This document shows positions 19,895 to 30,531 of a stretch of 64,000 nt of DNA, piece after piece. Position 1 is the stretch's first letter. Every line of letters starts with the position of its first letter. The translations under genes and the position numbers were made by a program. Below the pieces are notes generated by a model. The model was not told the DNA's origin. It did not search any database and saw nothing but the letters and a program-made list of their open reading frames with translations. Origin of the DNA: an uncultured delta proteobacterium (GTDB lineage: Bacteria; Desulfobacterota; Binatia; UBA9968); NCBI GenBank assembly GCA_963745835.1, contig CAVUZH010000014.1:384001-448000 (forward strand). The letters run 5' to 3'.

Positions 19895-20566
19895 ATGGCG
19901 ACAGATGAGGCGTATCAAGCCAAGCAGTTCAAACTGAGCGGTCTTCAAGGGATTTCCGATCAAACCCTCGAGATGCACTTCAAACTCTATGAGGGCTACG
20001 TCAAAGAAACCAACCGGCTGACAGAAAAGATCTCGGAGTTGTTAAAAGATGGCCAGGTCGATCAGGAGGAGATGCCGGCTTATTCAGAGCTCACCCGCCG
20101 TCTGGGTTTCGAATACAACGGCATGGTGCTGCATGAGTACTATTTCGGCAACATGACCAAAGGTGGATCGGGTGATCCAGGCAAGCAGTCGGCTTTTTAT
20201 AAAGCGGCAGAGACCGGCTTTGGTAGCTATGATATTTGGAAAGCCGACTTTGTCAGCATCGGCAAAATGCGCGGTGTCGGCTGGGCCATCTGCTTTCAGG
20301 ATCCAAAACGCCGCCGGCTCAGCAATCACTGGGTAAGCTTGCATGAGATCGGCAACGTTGCGGGATTCGAGCCGGTGCTCGTGATGGACGTATGGGAACA
20401 CGCGTTTCTGCTCGATTACAAGCCCGCTGAACGGCCCAAATACATCGAAGCGTTTTTCGCCAACATTGACTGGCAGGCAGTCGAAGACCGTCTTCAAGGT
20501 CGATCCCGTGAATCCATGAATCCCGGTGCGAATTCTTATGTGACGCGCGAAGGAATGTATTCTTGA
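19895..20566 (+). CDS. Fe/Mn superoxide dismutase family protein
   Basis: HFKLYEGYV, LHEYYF, RGVGWA, DVWEHAFLLDY. Confidence 0.9.
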   Translation: MATDEAYQAKQFKLSGLQGISDQTLEMHFKLYEGYVKETNRLTEKISELLKDGQVDQEEMPAYSELTRRLGFEYNGMVLHEYYFGNMTKGGSGDPGKQSAFYKAAETGFGSYDIWKADFVSIGKMRGVGWAICFQDPKRRRLSNHWVSLHEIGNVAGFEPVLVMDVWEHAFLLDYKPAERPKYIEAFFANIDWQAVEDRLQGRSRESMNPGANSYVTREGMYS

Positions 20567-20693
20567 TCCAAGAAAAGGCCTCGACCAGAAGAAAAAGGTT
20601 GAGAGATTGTTTTGGCGACTCTCATGTTGCGGCAAGTTAACACCCGAGGCTAGGAAATCGGCAAAGCGGTTCGAGACAATCCAAGGAGATTTT

Positions 20694-21095
20694 ATGCAGG
20701 AATCGAAGACTAAAGTACCAAGGGGCAAAAAATCTGCGGTCCTTCGAGTTCGTCGGCTTGCAGGGAAAAGGCTTACATTCATGCTGCGAGCAGAAGATGA
20801 CACGTTGCGAGAATTTGCCGAAGACTCCAAGACCGGCAGAGCGGGCAAGACTCTGGTCAAGGAGGGAGCACTTCGGATTACACTGGTGGCTCTGAAAAAA
20901 GGCACTGTGCTTCCCCCGCACCAGGTAGAAGGCCCGATCAGTATCCAGACTATTCGCGGCTGTCTGAGGCTCACGACCGAGAGGGGAGACATGGATGTTC
21001 CGGAAGGGAACCTCATAGCCTTGGGTCCGGGTGTCGTGCACGCGGCAAAGGCGCAGGATGACTGTGCGATACTACTTACGTTCGCGATGCAGTGA
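20694..21095 (+). CDS. Cupin-domain protein
   Basis: KTLVKEGALRITLVALKKG...PHQVEGPISIQ...VVHAAKA. Confidence 0.8.
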   Translation: MQESKTKVPRGKKSAVLRVRRLAGKRLTFMLRAEDDTLREFAEDSKTGRAGKTLVKEGALRITLVALKKGTVLPPHQVEGPISIQTIRGCLRLTTERGDMDVPEGNLIALGPGVVHAAKAQDDCAILLTFAMQ

Positions 21096-21129
21096 GAGTC
21101 ACAACGAATATTCTGAAAGAAATAACCAG

Positions 21130-22134
21130 CTAGTTGTCCAGTCCGACTTTATTCAGTGTTCCGTTTTCGTTGAGGCGGTAGAGCAGCATGTGGAAATAAA
21201 TAAGTCCGGCGTAAGGCTTCCATTTGGCAATCAGCCGGCGCACGCCGTCGTAATCCAAAGGTTTCTTGAGGCCAAGCCATTTTTGTAAGGTATTCCGAGC
21301 GCCCACATCGTCACCGGGAAAAATATGCAAGCGGCCTAGACCACGCAGCAAAACATACTCCGCCGTCCAGCGCCCCACGCCGTTGAGTCTACACAGTTGC
21401 TCGACCGCCGACCCATCATCCAGAGAAAGGAAGCCGTCCCTGTCGACATTGCCTGCGACAATAGCGCGACTCAGTTCGATTATTGCTCCCGCCTTCTGTC
21501 GGCTGAAGCCGAGGTTCCGCAGTGGCTCCGGCTTGAGTGCGGCGAGGTCTTCTGGTCTGGGGAAGGTATGGGCGCGAATACCTATGCCTATGAGGGGTGT
21601 GCCGAACTTCTCGGAAACCCGGTTGAGCATTTGAATGCCGGAGGCGAGACTGAATTGTTGACAAGCAATCCCGTTCACCAAAGCCTCGAGCAATGAGGGG
21701 AACTGGGGCGGCTTAACTCCACGGAAGCGTTGGGCAAGTACCGATAATCTGGGATCCTTTGCAGCATACCGATAAAAGTCCGTGAGATCTGCTTGCAGGC
21801 CCAACACCCGGTTCAATGTTTCGGTTACACCTGCCACTACATCGTGCCCGAAAGGGACGCCAGTTACGGTGACCTGAAGTCGTGGCGCGGCCATTGAGCC
21901 TATCTGGATAACGGCAATTTCCACCGGCTTGCCGTTGAGCACCAGCCCTCTGCAAAATGTTGTCCCGTCCCATCGATCCATTTTGTTCTCTGGTCGCCGG
22001 CGCAATGCCCAGACCGTCAGATCAAGCCGGAAGGGTGGAACCACTTTGAGTGTGAAACGGTCCTCATCTTCTGCTTGGTTTGATCTCATAAGCTGCATTA
22101 CCGCCGAGCCCCGTTTTTCTCTGACGGTACCCAA
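21130..22134 (-). CDS. alkA: DNA-3-methyladenine glycosylase II (AlkA family)
   Basis: FPRPEDLA, LGFSRQKA, HhH-GPD LNGVGRWTAEYVLLRGLG...FPGDD. Confidence 0.9.
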   Translation of the reverse strand: MGTVREKRGSAVMQLMRSNQAEDEDRFTLKVVPPFRLDLTVWALRRRPENKMDRWDGTTFCRGLVLNGKPVEIAVIQIGSMAAPRLQVTVTGVPFGHDVVAGVTETLNRVLGLQADLTDFYRYAAKDPRLSVLAQRFRGVKPPQFPSLLEALVNGIACQQFSLASGIQMLNRVSEKFGTPLIGIGIRAHTFPRPEDLAALKPEPLRNLGFSRQKAGAIIELSRAIVAGNVDRDGFLSLDDGSAVEQLCRLNGVGRWTAEYVLLRGLGRLHIFPGDDVGARNTLQKWLGLKKPLDYDGVRRLIAKWKPYAGLIYFHMLLYRLNENGTLNKVGLDN

Positions 22135-22246
22135 GGTTTTCTCTGCAATAGGCCGAACTTGGAAGCTCCCTCGTCCGATGTGCTGAATTCAGTGAAAATT
22201 GGTAGATCACCAGCAGTCGCTTTAATGATTCTGGGCTTGAGGCACT

Positions 22247-22594
22247 TCATCGCAGCTCCTCGAGAAGCTCTTTTAGCGCCATTGCGTTGTTGTGTTCCTT
22301 GTCGCGCGCGCCGTAAAGGATGGTGATCGTTGCCGGGCGTTTTTTTCGCGCAAGTTCCTGCAGTTCTTTGGCCCTTGGGCGAAGCTCTTCGTGGTATCGC
22401 CGTCTGAATTCCTCCCACTTCTTCGGGTCATGGTTGAACCACCTTCGCAGCCGATCGCTGGGTGCGAGATCTTTGCGCCAATCATTAAGGCAGGCTTTGT
22501 CCTTGGTGAGTCCCCGAGGCCAGAGCCGATCAATAAGAAGCCGAAAACCGTCCCGCGGTCCAGGCGGATCGTAAACCCTTTTAATCCTAATCAT
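22247..22594 (-). CDS. DUF488 (YeaO-like) protein
   Basis: IKRVYD...DRLWPRG...APS...WFNHDP...HNNA. Confidence 0.92.
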   Translation of the reverse strand: MIRIKRVYDPPGPRDGFRLLIDRLWPRGLTKDKACLNDWRKDLAPSDRLRRWFNHDPKKWEEFRRRYHEELRPRAKELQELARKKRPATITILYGARDKEHNNAMALKELLEELR

Positions 22595-22750
22595 GCGATA
22601 TCTCCGTTGTAACGCTCATCGGTCGCGAAGCTCTCCATTCGGGAACAGACCGGCAGCGATGAAGGATAGCTCGACGCTGTAGTCTTCATTGTCCAAGCCT
22701 TTCGCTGGGATCTTGCCTCTCCAACATCATTCCTTACCGAAATCGCCACA

Positions 22751-23652
22751 TTACGCGGCGCGAACGATCAGAACAGGATCTCCGGAGAGGCGTACCACTT
22801 TTTCGGTTACGCTCCCCAATACCCAGCGCTTTACGCCCGAGCGTCCATGCGTGCACATGGCTATAAGGTTATCGGGCGTTCGCTGGCCGAGGCGCAACGA
22901 TCTCACCGGCTCCGGAGCCTTCGGCTATGGCGAAGGAAACTTTTTCGATTCCGTTGCGCTTCAGCTCCGTAACTTTGCTTTCGAGGTAACTTTGCGCCTC
23001 GTCCCTGAGCGCGACGCTGATCCGCTCATAATCGACTGGGTAGTAATCCTCCATTCCTGCGTAAGTAGTGACAGGGATATGGTAGGCACGGAGCAAAAGG
23101 ATTTCCAGTTTTAATGCATTGGCCAACTGCACGACAGGAGAGAGGACGATTTCCGCCAACTCAGATCCGTCGAGAGGAACGATCACAGATCGTAGGATTG
23201 CCTGCCCTTCGCTCTTGGTTTCTTCATTGGCGCGGATGAGTAGGAGTGGATTGATTGAGCTCCGCAGCACCTTTTCCGCCACACTTCCCAGAAGCAATCG
23301 ATTGAATCCCGAACGGCCGTGTGTGGCCATGGCCGTAAGCGTTGCATCCGATCCCGCCTTTTCAATGATGACGTCTTCCGCCTTGCCCTTTTCTACAGTG
23401 CACTTTACCTCGTGGTCGGGAAACGTTTTTGCTATGCGTTTCAAATACTCTTCAGTGCTTCGAGCGCTTTCGGCGACGATCGGTTCGAAATAGCCGCTGC
23501 CACGAAATACCTGACTTGTCAATACCAGCAATATCGACAATACCCAAAAGCTCGACGGGGATTTTGAGCGTTCTCGCCAGAGTTCGGCCGTAGGGCAGCG
23601 CCGCTTCAGCCGTCTTCGATCCATCCAGCGGTATTAGCAATCGTGTGTACAT
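22751..23652 (-). pseudogene. Tandem-domain USP with two frameshifts
   Basis: LLIPLDGSKTAEAALP; MATHGRSG...LGSVAEKVLR; VIVPLDGSELAE; [23 protein letters not shown]. Confidence 0.85.
23284..23414. repeat. 131-bp block identical to 29149..29279 (USP paralogs)
   Basis: Base-by-base comparison from CTTCCCAGAAGC to TTACCTCGTG. Confidence 0.9.
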
Positions 23653-23956
23653 AGCTATCCTCTTCTAATTATCTACTCTCCTGCTCCGGGTAAATTTATG
23701 CGTAGAATGCCGCCGCAATTTTTCCATTATCATGAATCGAGACTCAGCCATTTTCGCAAATGATCGCTGCGGCTATCTGCTGAACCAGACATCACTGCCA
23801 AGTTCTTTTCTCAAACCTCTGAGCCAAGATCCGATCGACCAACAGACACTTGCAATCGCTCGCTGCTGTTCGACCGATTAAGCAGTCTCAAACTCAGAGC
23901 ATGGGATGCTCTCTTCATCCTTGTCCTTTAATCTCAATGCCATGACGATCTGTAAG

Positions 23957-23972
23957 CGCAATGATAATGCCA
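23957..23972 (-). promoter_or_regulatory. Sigma54 promoter upstream of USP 22751-23652
   Basis: TGGCAT-TATCA-TTGCG. Confidence 0.75.
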
Positions 23973-24073
23973 AGCGCGAACAGGCAGTGCTACTCAAAGC
24001 AATCCATTCCTTGTGGAAAGGCCGTCTTCAAAACGGAGCATCGAAACGCTTCTCCTTCTAAAGGCAATAAGGA

Positions 24074-24101
24074 TGAGGCACAAATGTGAGGCATTGTGGC
24101 A
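24074..24101. promoter_or_regulatory. Candidate UAS type B between divergent sigma54 promoters
   Basis: TGAGGCACAAATGTGAGGCATTGTGGCA. Confidence 0.65.
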
Positions 24102-24336
24102 TTATTGTAAATCACCGCTGGAAGTCCATTCGGTGAAAACATCGCAGAAAGTACGAGCAGCTAGTGCGCTCGATCAGCGCGAAGACAGAATGGCTAAGGC
24201 TCAAGAGAATTCAAGGCTCATCGGATGAAACAGCTGAAACATCTGAAACGTTACAGCATGTTTCATGCAACATGGTCATTTGGCGAGTGAGCGCGCGAAC
24301 CTAGTGTCTACCACGACTTAACTCTCCCATCTGCAT

Positions 24337-24352
24337 TGGCATCTTCATTGCG
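24337..24352 (+). promoter_or_regulatory. Sigma54 promoter of the doxX-tal-oxidoreductase operon
   Basis: TGGCAT-CTTCA-TTGCG. Confidence 0.75.
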
Positions 24353-24412
24353 CTAACATCTTTATGGATGCTTGAACGGCATCCATAAAAACTTTCGCAG
24401 GAGGAAACGAAA

Positions 24413-24826
24413 ATGGCTCGTCCAATGCTCAGGCCCGCGTACGTCGCTGCTGAACCAACTACAGACTACGCGCATCAGGCCTATATGATTCTCAAGTTTG
24501 GGTTCACCGTCGCACCGGTCATCGCCGGGCTCGACAAGTTTTCTAATTTGTTGGTGGACTGGACTCAATATCTCACGCCGTTGGTACCGACATGGACCGG
24601 GATCGATCCGGCCACTTTCATGATGGTGGTAGGAGTCATCGAAATCATCGCCGGTATTGCGGTCGCGGTGAAACCGAAGTTCGGCGCTTTGATCGTTACC
24701 GCCTGGCTCTGGGGTATCATCATAAACTTATTGCTGGTGCCGGGATATTTTGACGTCGCGTTGCGCGATCTAGGTTTATCCTTTGGCGCGCTTGCCCTTG
24801 CGAGATTAGCCGAGCGCGAGGAATAG
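24413..24826 (+). CDS. DoxX-family membrane protein
   Basis: AGLDKF...VGVIEIIAGI...DVALRDLGL. Confidence 0.85.
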   Translation: MARPMLRPAYVAAEPTTDYAHQAYMILKFGFTVAPVIAGLDKFSNLLVDWTQYLTPLVPTWTGIDPATFMMVVGVIEIIAGIAVAVKPKFGALIVTAWLWGIIINLLLVPGYFDVALRDLGLSFGALALARLAEREE

Positions 24827-24915
24827 CTCGGCGTCGGCGTTCTGATCAATTACGATTTACCCGGGTTGCTCGGCGCATCAAATGACGGCGGCGGCGATGC
24901 GCAATGGGAGGAACG

Positions 24916-26019
24916 ATGAAGAGGACGCAGCAATTGCACGATCTGGGTCAGAGGCTTTGGCTCGACAATATCACGCGCGGGCTTCTGACGAGCGGCACAC
25001 TTGACCGCTACATTAGCGATTTTTCGGTGACGGGGATTACCTCCAATCCGACGATCTTCGATAAGGCCATCAAAGAGGCGGGCTTCTACGACGATGCCAT
25101 CTCTCAAAAGACAGTTCAGGGTAAATGGGGCGAGGAGTTGTTCTACGAACTTGCGTTGGAGGATTTGATCCGGGCAGCCGACCTGTTCCGTCCGGTCCAC
25201 GAGGCCACCAGCGGGATTGACGGCTGGGTTTCGTTGGAGGTGTCTCCCTTGTTGGCCGATGACACGGCCGGCAGTATAAAATCGGCGGTACAACTTCATG
25301 CGCGCGCGAGTCGCCCCAATCTTTTCATCAAAATTCCAGGTACCCGTAAAGGCGTTTCCGCGATTGAGGAGACAATCTTCGCGGGCGTGCCGATTAACGT
25401 CACACTGTTGTTCTCGCTAGAACAATACATCGCGGGAGCCGAGGCGTATATGCGCGGAATCGAACGCCGCATTGCCGCCGGCCTCGATCCGAACGTCGCT
25501 TCAGTAGCATCGCTCTTCGTCAGCCGCTGGGACGTAGCGGTCAAGGACAAGGTTTCAGACGGGCTGCGCAATCGCCTCGGCATTGCTATCGCCAAGCGCA
25601 CGTATAAGGCCTATCGCGACCTGCTGGCCTCGCCGCGTTGGCGGAAGCTTGCCGGCTCCGGCGCCCGGCCGCAACGCTTGCTCTGGGCAAGCACCGGAAC
25701 GAAGGACATGCAGGCCCCAGAGACCCTCTACATCGAAGCGCTGGCAGCTCCCGATACCATCAACACAATGCCGGAAAAGACGTTGCGCGCCTTCGCCGAG
25801 CACGGTCGAATAAGAGGCGTGTTGCCGATCGATGGCGGCGACGCCGAAGACGTGCTCGCCGAATTCACCCGCGAAGGCATCAATGATGAAACGCTTGCCG
25901 CTGATCTCCAGAGCGAGGGCACCCAATCTTTCAATAAGTCCTGGAACGACTTGTTGGCTTGCATTGCGTCAAAAAGTGTCCTCGTCAGGAACAAGTCTGA
26001 TCAAGCAGGAAGGAAATGA
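24916..26019 (+). CDS. tal: Transaldolase
   Basis: LWLDNITR, GITSNPTIF, VSLEVSP, FIKIPGT, NVTLLFS, LLWASTG. Confidence 0.95.
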   Translation: MKRTQQLHDLGQRLWLDNITRGLLTSGTLDRYISDFSVTGITSNPTIFDKAIKEAGFYDDAISQKTVQGKWGEELFYELALEDLIRAADLFRPVHEATSGIDGWVSLEVSPLLADDTAGSIKSAVQLHARASRPNLFIKIPGTRKGVSAIEETIFAGVPINVTLLFSLEQYIAGAEAYMRGIERRIAAGLDPNVASVASLFVSRWDVAVKDKVSDGLRNRLGIAIAKRTYKAYRDLLASPRWRKLAGSGARPQRLLWASTGTKDMQAPETLYIEALAAPDTINTMPEKTLRAFAEHGRIRGVLPIDGGDAEDVLAEFTREGINDETLAADLQSEGTQSFNKSWNDLLACIASKSVLVRNKSDQAGRK

Positions 26020-26064
26020 CAGTGACCTGAGGTATCTCAGGCCCAACATGTTAGGGAGGATCAA

Positions 26065-27648
26065 ATGAGCGAAGTAAAGGTGGAACTGAGTGGACCCGAT
26101 CTCGTGCAGGGAGTCGCACTCTCGACAATTGCCGACGGCGCCATGCTGCTCGGCCATGCCCACGGCGAATCGGCGCTCCTCGTACGTCGAGGCGATGAGC
26201 TGTTCGCGGTTGGTAACGCGTGCGCCCACTATGGCGCCCCGCTAAACGAGGGGCTGCTTGTCGACGATACGGTTCGTTGTCCGTGGCATCACGCCTGTTT
26301 CAGCTTGCGTACCGGTGCGGCCCTTCGGGCACCGGCCTTAAGTCCCATCTCGTGTTGGCGCGTCGAGCAGCGAGACGGCATGGTGTATGTGCGAGAAAAG
26401 ATCGAGATGACAGCCCAGCCACTACCGATGCCAGGGGCGGCCGGTATACCGGAGTCGGTCGTGATCGTTGGTGGTGGGGCGGCGGGCAACGCCGCTGCGG
26501 AAATGCTCCGTCTGGAGGGGTATCTCGGCCGTATCAGCCTGTTGAGCGCTGATGAGTCATTACCCTATGACCGCCCCAACCTTTCGAAAGCCTATCTCGC
26601 GGGCACCGCGCGCGAGGAGTCAAATCCGCTTCGATCCACGGAGTTTTACCAACAGCATAGTATCGATGTGAAGCTGCGGGCGCGGGTCGCCGCAATCGAT
26701 GCGCCGCGCCGCTACGTCGAACTCGTAGACGGCAGCCGGTATGCTTACGATGCGCTCCTGCTGGCCACCGGCGCCGAGCCGGTGCGCCTCGAATTGCCTG
26801 GCGGGGATCTCCCACACGTCCATTACTTGCGCACTCTCGCCGACAGCCGCGCTCTTGTCGGCAAGGCTCTGGCAGCGCGGCAGGCCGTAGTGATCGGCGC
26901 GAGTTTCATCGGGCTCGAGGTGGCGGCATCCCTGCGAGCGCGGAATATCGAAGTGACGGTGGTCGGCCGAGAGACATGCCCTATGGCGAAGATTCTCGGA
27001 GCCGATGTCGGCAATTTCATCCGCAAACTCCATGAAGAACACGGTGTGACGTTCCATCTCGGCACGACCGCTACATCGATTGACACGCGCCAGGTCGTTT
27101 TGAAGAACGGAGCGACCCTTCCGGCCGATCTCGTGGTCATCGGCATCGGCGTGCGACCGGCGATTTCACTGGCAGAACAGGCAGGGCTCGCCATCGACCG
27201 GGGCGTCACTGTGGACGAGTACTTGGAAACGAGCATCCCCGGTATCTTTGCAGCCGGCGATATCGTGCGCTGGCCGGACCGGTTCACCGGCGAACGGATT
27301 CGTGTCGAACATTGGGTTGTTGCGCAACGCCAGGGGCAGACGGCCGCGCGCAACATGCTGGGTCGACGGGAGCGTTTCGACGCCGTTCCGTTCTTCTGGA
27401 CCGAGCAATACGATTTCGGCCTCGCTTACGTCGGGCACGCCGAGCGATGGGATAAAGCCGAAATCGATGGGCAGCTTGACGCGCGAGACTGCACGATCGC
27501 GTATCGGAAGGGCGGCAGGAAATTGGCGGTCGCGCTGATTCACCGGGATCTCGAGGGACTTCGGGCCGAAGTCGAGTTCGAGAGGACAATCGCCGCCATA
27601 GGAGCAGCCGATCCTTCGAGCAAAAACCTTTTGAGACACTATGGTTGA
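26065..27648 (+). CDS. Rieske [2Fe-2S]-FAD/NAD oxidoreductase fusion (AIF3-like)
   Basis: CAHYG...CPWHH Rieske ligands; GGGAAG, PYDRPNLSK, GASFIGLE, AAGD, RVEHW. Confidence 0.93.
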   Translation: MSEVKVELSGPDLVQGVALSTIADGAMLLGHAHGESALLVRRGDELFAVGNACAHYGAPLNEGLLVDDTVRCPWHHACFSLRTGAALRAPALSPISCWRVEQRDGMVYVREKIEMTAQPLPMPGAAGIPESVVIVGGGAAGNAAAEMLRLEGYLGRISLLSADESLPYDRPNLSKAYLAGTAREESNPLRSTEFYQQHSIDVKLRARVAAIDAPRRYVELVDGSRYAYDALLLATGAEPVRLELPGGDLPHVHYLRTLADSRALVGKALAARQAVVIGASFIGLEVAASLRARNIEVTVVGRETCPMAKILGADVGNFIRKLHEEHGVTFHLGTTATSIDTRQVVLKNGATLPADLVVIGIGVRPAISLAEQAGLAIDRGVTVDEYLETSIPGIFAAGDIVRWPDRFTGERIRVEHWVVAQRQGQTAARNMLGRRERFDAVPFFWTEQYDFGLAYVGHAERWDKAEIDGQLDARDCTIAYRKGGRKLAVALIHRDLEGLRAEVEFERTIAAIGAADPSSKNLLRHYG

Positions 27649-27719
27649 CCTTGACCGGCAGTTCGGCCGCTGCTTAAAGCCAGCGTCTCGGAGAATAATC
27701 GACCGGAAGGAAGACCAAG

Positions 27720-27935
27720 ATGACGAGAAGATTTAGCGTGGGGGATCACGTGACATGGAACTCGGAGGCCGGACAGGTCAGCGGCAAGATCATTGAAGTG
27801 CACATAAAAAATATCGCCTACAAAGGGTATACCCACCACGCGAGCAAGAAAGATCCTCAGTATGAAATCAAGAGCGACAAGACCGACCGCATCGCAATGC
27901 ACAAAGGCTCGGCTCTGCACAAAGCGAACGACTGA
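27720..27935 (+). CDS. DUF2945/HVA1 (Tudor-like) small protein
   Basis: FSVGDHVTWNSEAG...ASKKDPQYEIKSDKT...HKGSAL. Confidence 0.85.
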   Translation: MTRRFSVGDHVTWNSEAGQVSGKIIEVHIKNIAYKGYTHHASKKDPQYEIKSDKTDRIAMHKGSALHKAND

Positions 27936-28062
27936 CACCGCAATCGGCATTGGTTGTTTAGCCAAGGTGTGAACATCAGGAAAACGGGCGGCTCCGTGAC
28001 AACGATTCTCTGTTACGGAGGAGAACATGTAGCTCGTGACGAGAGAGCTAAAAAGTTAGACC

Positions 28063-28254
28063 GGCATGAGACAGCTAAGACGGATTATTGTGAGTATGAT
28101 CTGGGAGTCGGCGGAGAGGTAGCCTTAAGCTCGGCCGTGGTTCTTGCCAAGCGATGTAAAGCTGCACTTCGACTGGTGCATGTGGTAGAGCCGCTCGATT
28201 CTTATCAAAGGATTTCGCATCCACTGACTTCTCCTTACCCGGTTGAGGAAATCG
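28063..28254 (+). pseudogene. Truncated, frameshifted duplicate of the 5' end of USP 36484-37383
   Basis: Near-identical to 36481..36673. Confidence 0.9.
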
Positions 28255-28538
28255 AAAAGAAGCCTGCTCACGGCCTCTTCATCGGTGAATCCTGTAATCG
28301 TAGCAGCAGCGCGATTGAATGATATGATCGCATTCTGCGGTCAATCGTCAAGATTTTATCAGAGACACTGTCCAGAATCTGGCCCGCGTGTTGCAGGTTG
28401 CAAGACAGGCACTTAGCCGGTCCTGCGGTTCGACGTCTGGATAAACGGACATGACTAAGACTTTAGGAAACTAACCCGTGGAAGATAAGAGCTACCGGCA
28501 TTGCGGCCGGGCACATGAATTTCTATCGTCCAGGACGG

Positions 28539-29520
28539 TTAACCTGACAGCGAGTTGCTACGCCCGCCGTTCGCTTCCACACAGTTCAGCTGTTCGCTGC
28601 GACGCAGTTCACTGGTCGGCGAGCCACCGCGGACGATTAGAACCGGATCTCGGGAGAGGCGTACCACCTTTTCCGTTACGCTCCCTAACACCCACCGCTT
28701 TACACCCGACCGTCCATGCGTGCACATAGCGATGAGATTATTGGGAGTCCGCCCGCTCAGCGCCACGATCTCACCGGCGCCGGAGCCCTCGGGTATGGCG
28801 AAAGAAACCTTCTCGACTCCTTTACGCTTCAGCTCCCCGACTTTGCTTTCGAGGTAACTTTGCGCCTCGTCCCTGAGCGCGCCCCTGATCACTTCGTAAT
28901 TAACCGCATTGTAATCATCTGCGCCGGCATAAGTGTTGAAACGGGGATAGGCCCGGAGCAAAAGGACCTCCAGTTCTAAGGTCTTGGCCAGCTCCACGGC
29001 AGCGGGAAGGACGCTTTCCGCCTCCTCAGATCCGTCGAGAGGGACGATTACCTTTCTGAGGATTGCCTCACCCTCGCTATGGGCCTCTTCACTGGGGCGG
29101 ATGAGTAAAAGCGGATTGGTTGAGCCTCGCAACACCTCTTCCGCCACGCTTCCCAGAAGCAATCGATTGAATCCCGAACGGCCGTGTGTGGCCATGGCCG
29201 TAAGCGTTGCATCCGATCCCGCCTTTTCAATGATGACGTCTTCCGCCTTGCCCTTTTCTACAGTGCACTTTACCTCGTGATCGGGAAACGTGTTTCGCTA
29301 TCCGTTTTAAATATTGCTCACTGATTCGAACGCTTCCGGCGATGATCGTTTCAAAATATCGCGCGCCGCCATGGGACACGTGAGCGGCCAGTGCGCCAAT
29401 ATCGACGACGCCCAAGAGCTCGACAGGCAGCTTGAGCGTCTTGGCAATAGTTCGGGCGTAGGGCAACACTGCCGCGGCCGTTCTCGATCCATCCAGCGGT
29501 ACTAGCAATCGTCTATACAC
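28539..29520 (-). pseudogene. Tandem-domain USP, frameshifted near 29290
   Basis: LLVPLDGS..., MATHGRSG..., VIVPLDGS..., MCTHGRSG...; paralog of 22751-23652. Confidence 0.85.
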
Positions 29521-29775
29521 TGTTTATCTCCTGTCGTTACGTATCCAGCTTTGTTGTGCTCAGAGGCGAGCCCACTCCAGTTAGGCGACTCTTTGATCCA
29601 ACGTCGAATGTCAATTAACTTTTTCTCGAACCTTGTCGCCCATGAGCGACAGCCCAGAAGACGGCCTCTGTCAATCGGCTGCTTTCTCGTGGCCTCGTTT
29701 GACTTTGATCGCAACGCGGCGTGGAATACTCATCTGCTTCTTGCCGTTTCGTTTCGGTGACATGACCTCGTTAAA

Positions 29776-29791
29776 CGCAATGTTCATTCCA
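29776..29791 (-). promoter_or_regulatory. Putative sigma54 promoter
   Basis: TGGAAT-GAACA-TTGCG. Confidence 0.6.
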
Positions 29792-29854
29792 CGAAGAACA
29801 GCAAGCACTCGCTCAAGGAGAGCGCATTACTGAACTTCCTTGTTGGAAAAGGCA

Positions 29855-29882
29855 TGAGGCCGAAATGTGAGGCACTTTGGCA
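29855..29882. promoter_or_regulatory. Candidate UAS type B
   Basis: TGAGGCCGAAATGTGAGGCACTTTGGCA. Confidence 0.65.
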
Positions 29883-30003
29883 GTGCTGTTATGCCGGGGA
29901 AATTTGGCGGGGTGAAATGTCAACAGTGAAGAGCTATTTGCATGACTCAACGGCTAATTCTAGGAGAGAGCTGCTGGCAGTACCCGCCTCGGGTCAGTTT
30001 CGA

Positions 30004-30390
30004 TTAGAGACATGAAGATTCTTTTGAGTTCTTACCCTGCTCGCTACTGACTCTCTCGATCACTCGGAATAAGTCGTCGGCGGAAAAGGGTTTGGAAAGA
30101 AGCTGCGCTTGCAGCTTTTCAGCGGCCTGGCGTAATCTATCGTCTGCAAAAGCTGAAATCAGAATGATCTTAGCTCCAGGATTTTTCTGCTTCAGCGCCT
30201 CGGCGATCTCAGTCCCTAACAGTCCGGGCGTGCGGACATCAAAAATGAAGAGATCGTAGGGATACGCCCATGCTTTCTCATAACCATCTACACCGTCCAT
30301 GCTCGAGACAACCTCATTCCCCCTGCTTTGTAGGATCTCTGATAAAAACTGGCAGAAAGTCTCGTCGTCTTCTATGATTAAAATACGCAA
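30004..30390 (-). CDS. Single-domain response regulator
   Basis: ILIIEDD, DLFIFDVRTPG, ILISA, KPF. Confidence 0.9.
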   Translation of the reverse strand: MRILIIEDDETFCQFLSEILQSRGNEVVSSMDGVDGYEKAWAYPYDLFIFDVRTPGLLGTEIAEALKQKNPGAKIILISAFADDRLRQAAEKLQAQLLSKPFSADDLFRVIERVSSEQGKNSKESSCL

Positions 30391-30425
30391 TTACGATCCT
30401 CCGTTGTTTCACTACTATCGTCCAA

Positions 30426-30441
30426 CGCAACAAATATGCCG
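30426..30441 (-). promoter_or_regulatory. Putative sigma54 promoter of the single-domain receiver
   Basis: CGGCAT-ATTTG-TTGCG. Confidence 0.6.
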
Positions 30442-30531
30442 ATCGCGTAGGATCGTCAGCAAAGAGCGGCGGTAATTCTTTTGCGTAATGCGGGCGATAC
30501 GGAGGGATTCTTGTGCTTGAGCAGTTCGAGA

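Noticed and set aside
20084-21016. 310-aa minus-strand ORF, and similar long antisense ORFs such as 45591-46457 and 3885-4466
   Set aside because: Shadows of well-supported opposite-strand genes, with no recognisable motifs.
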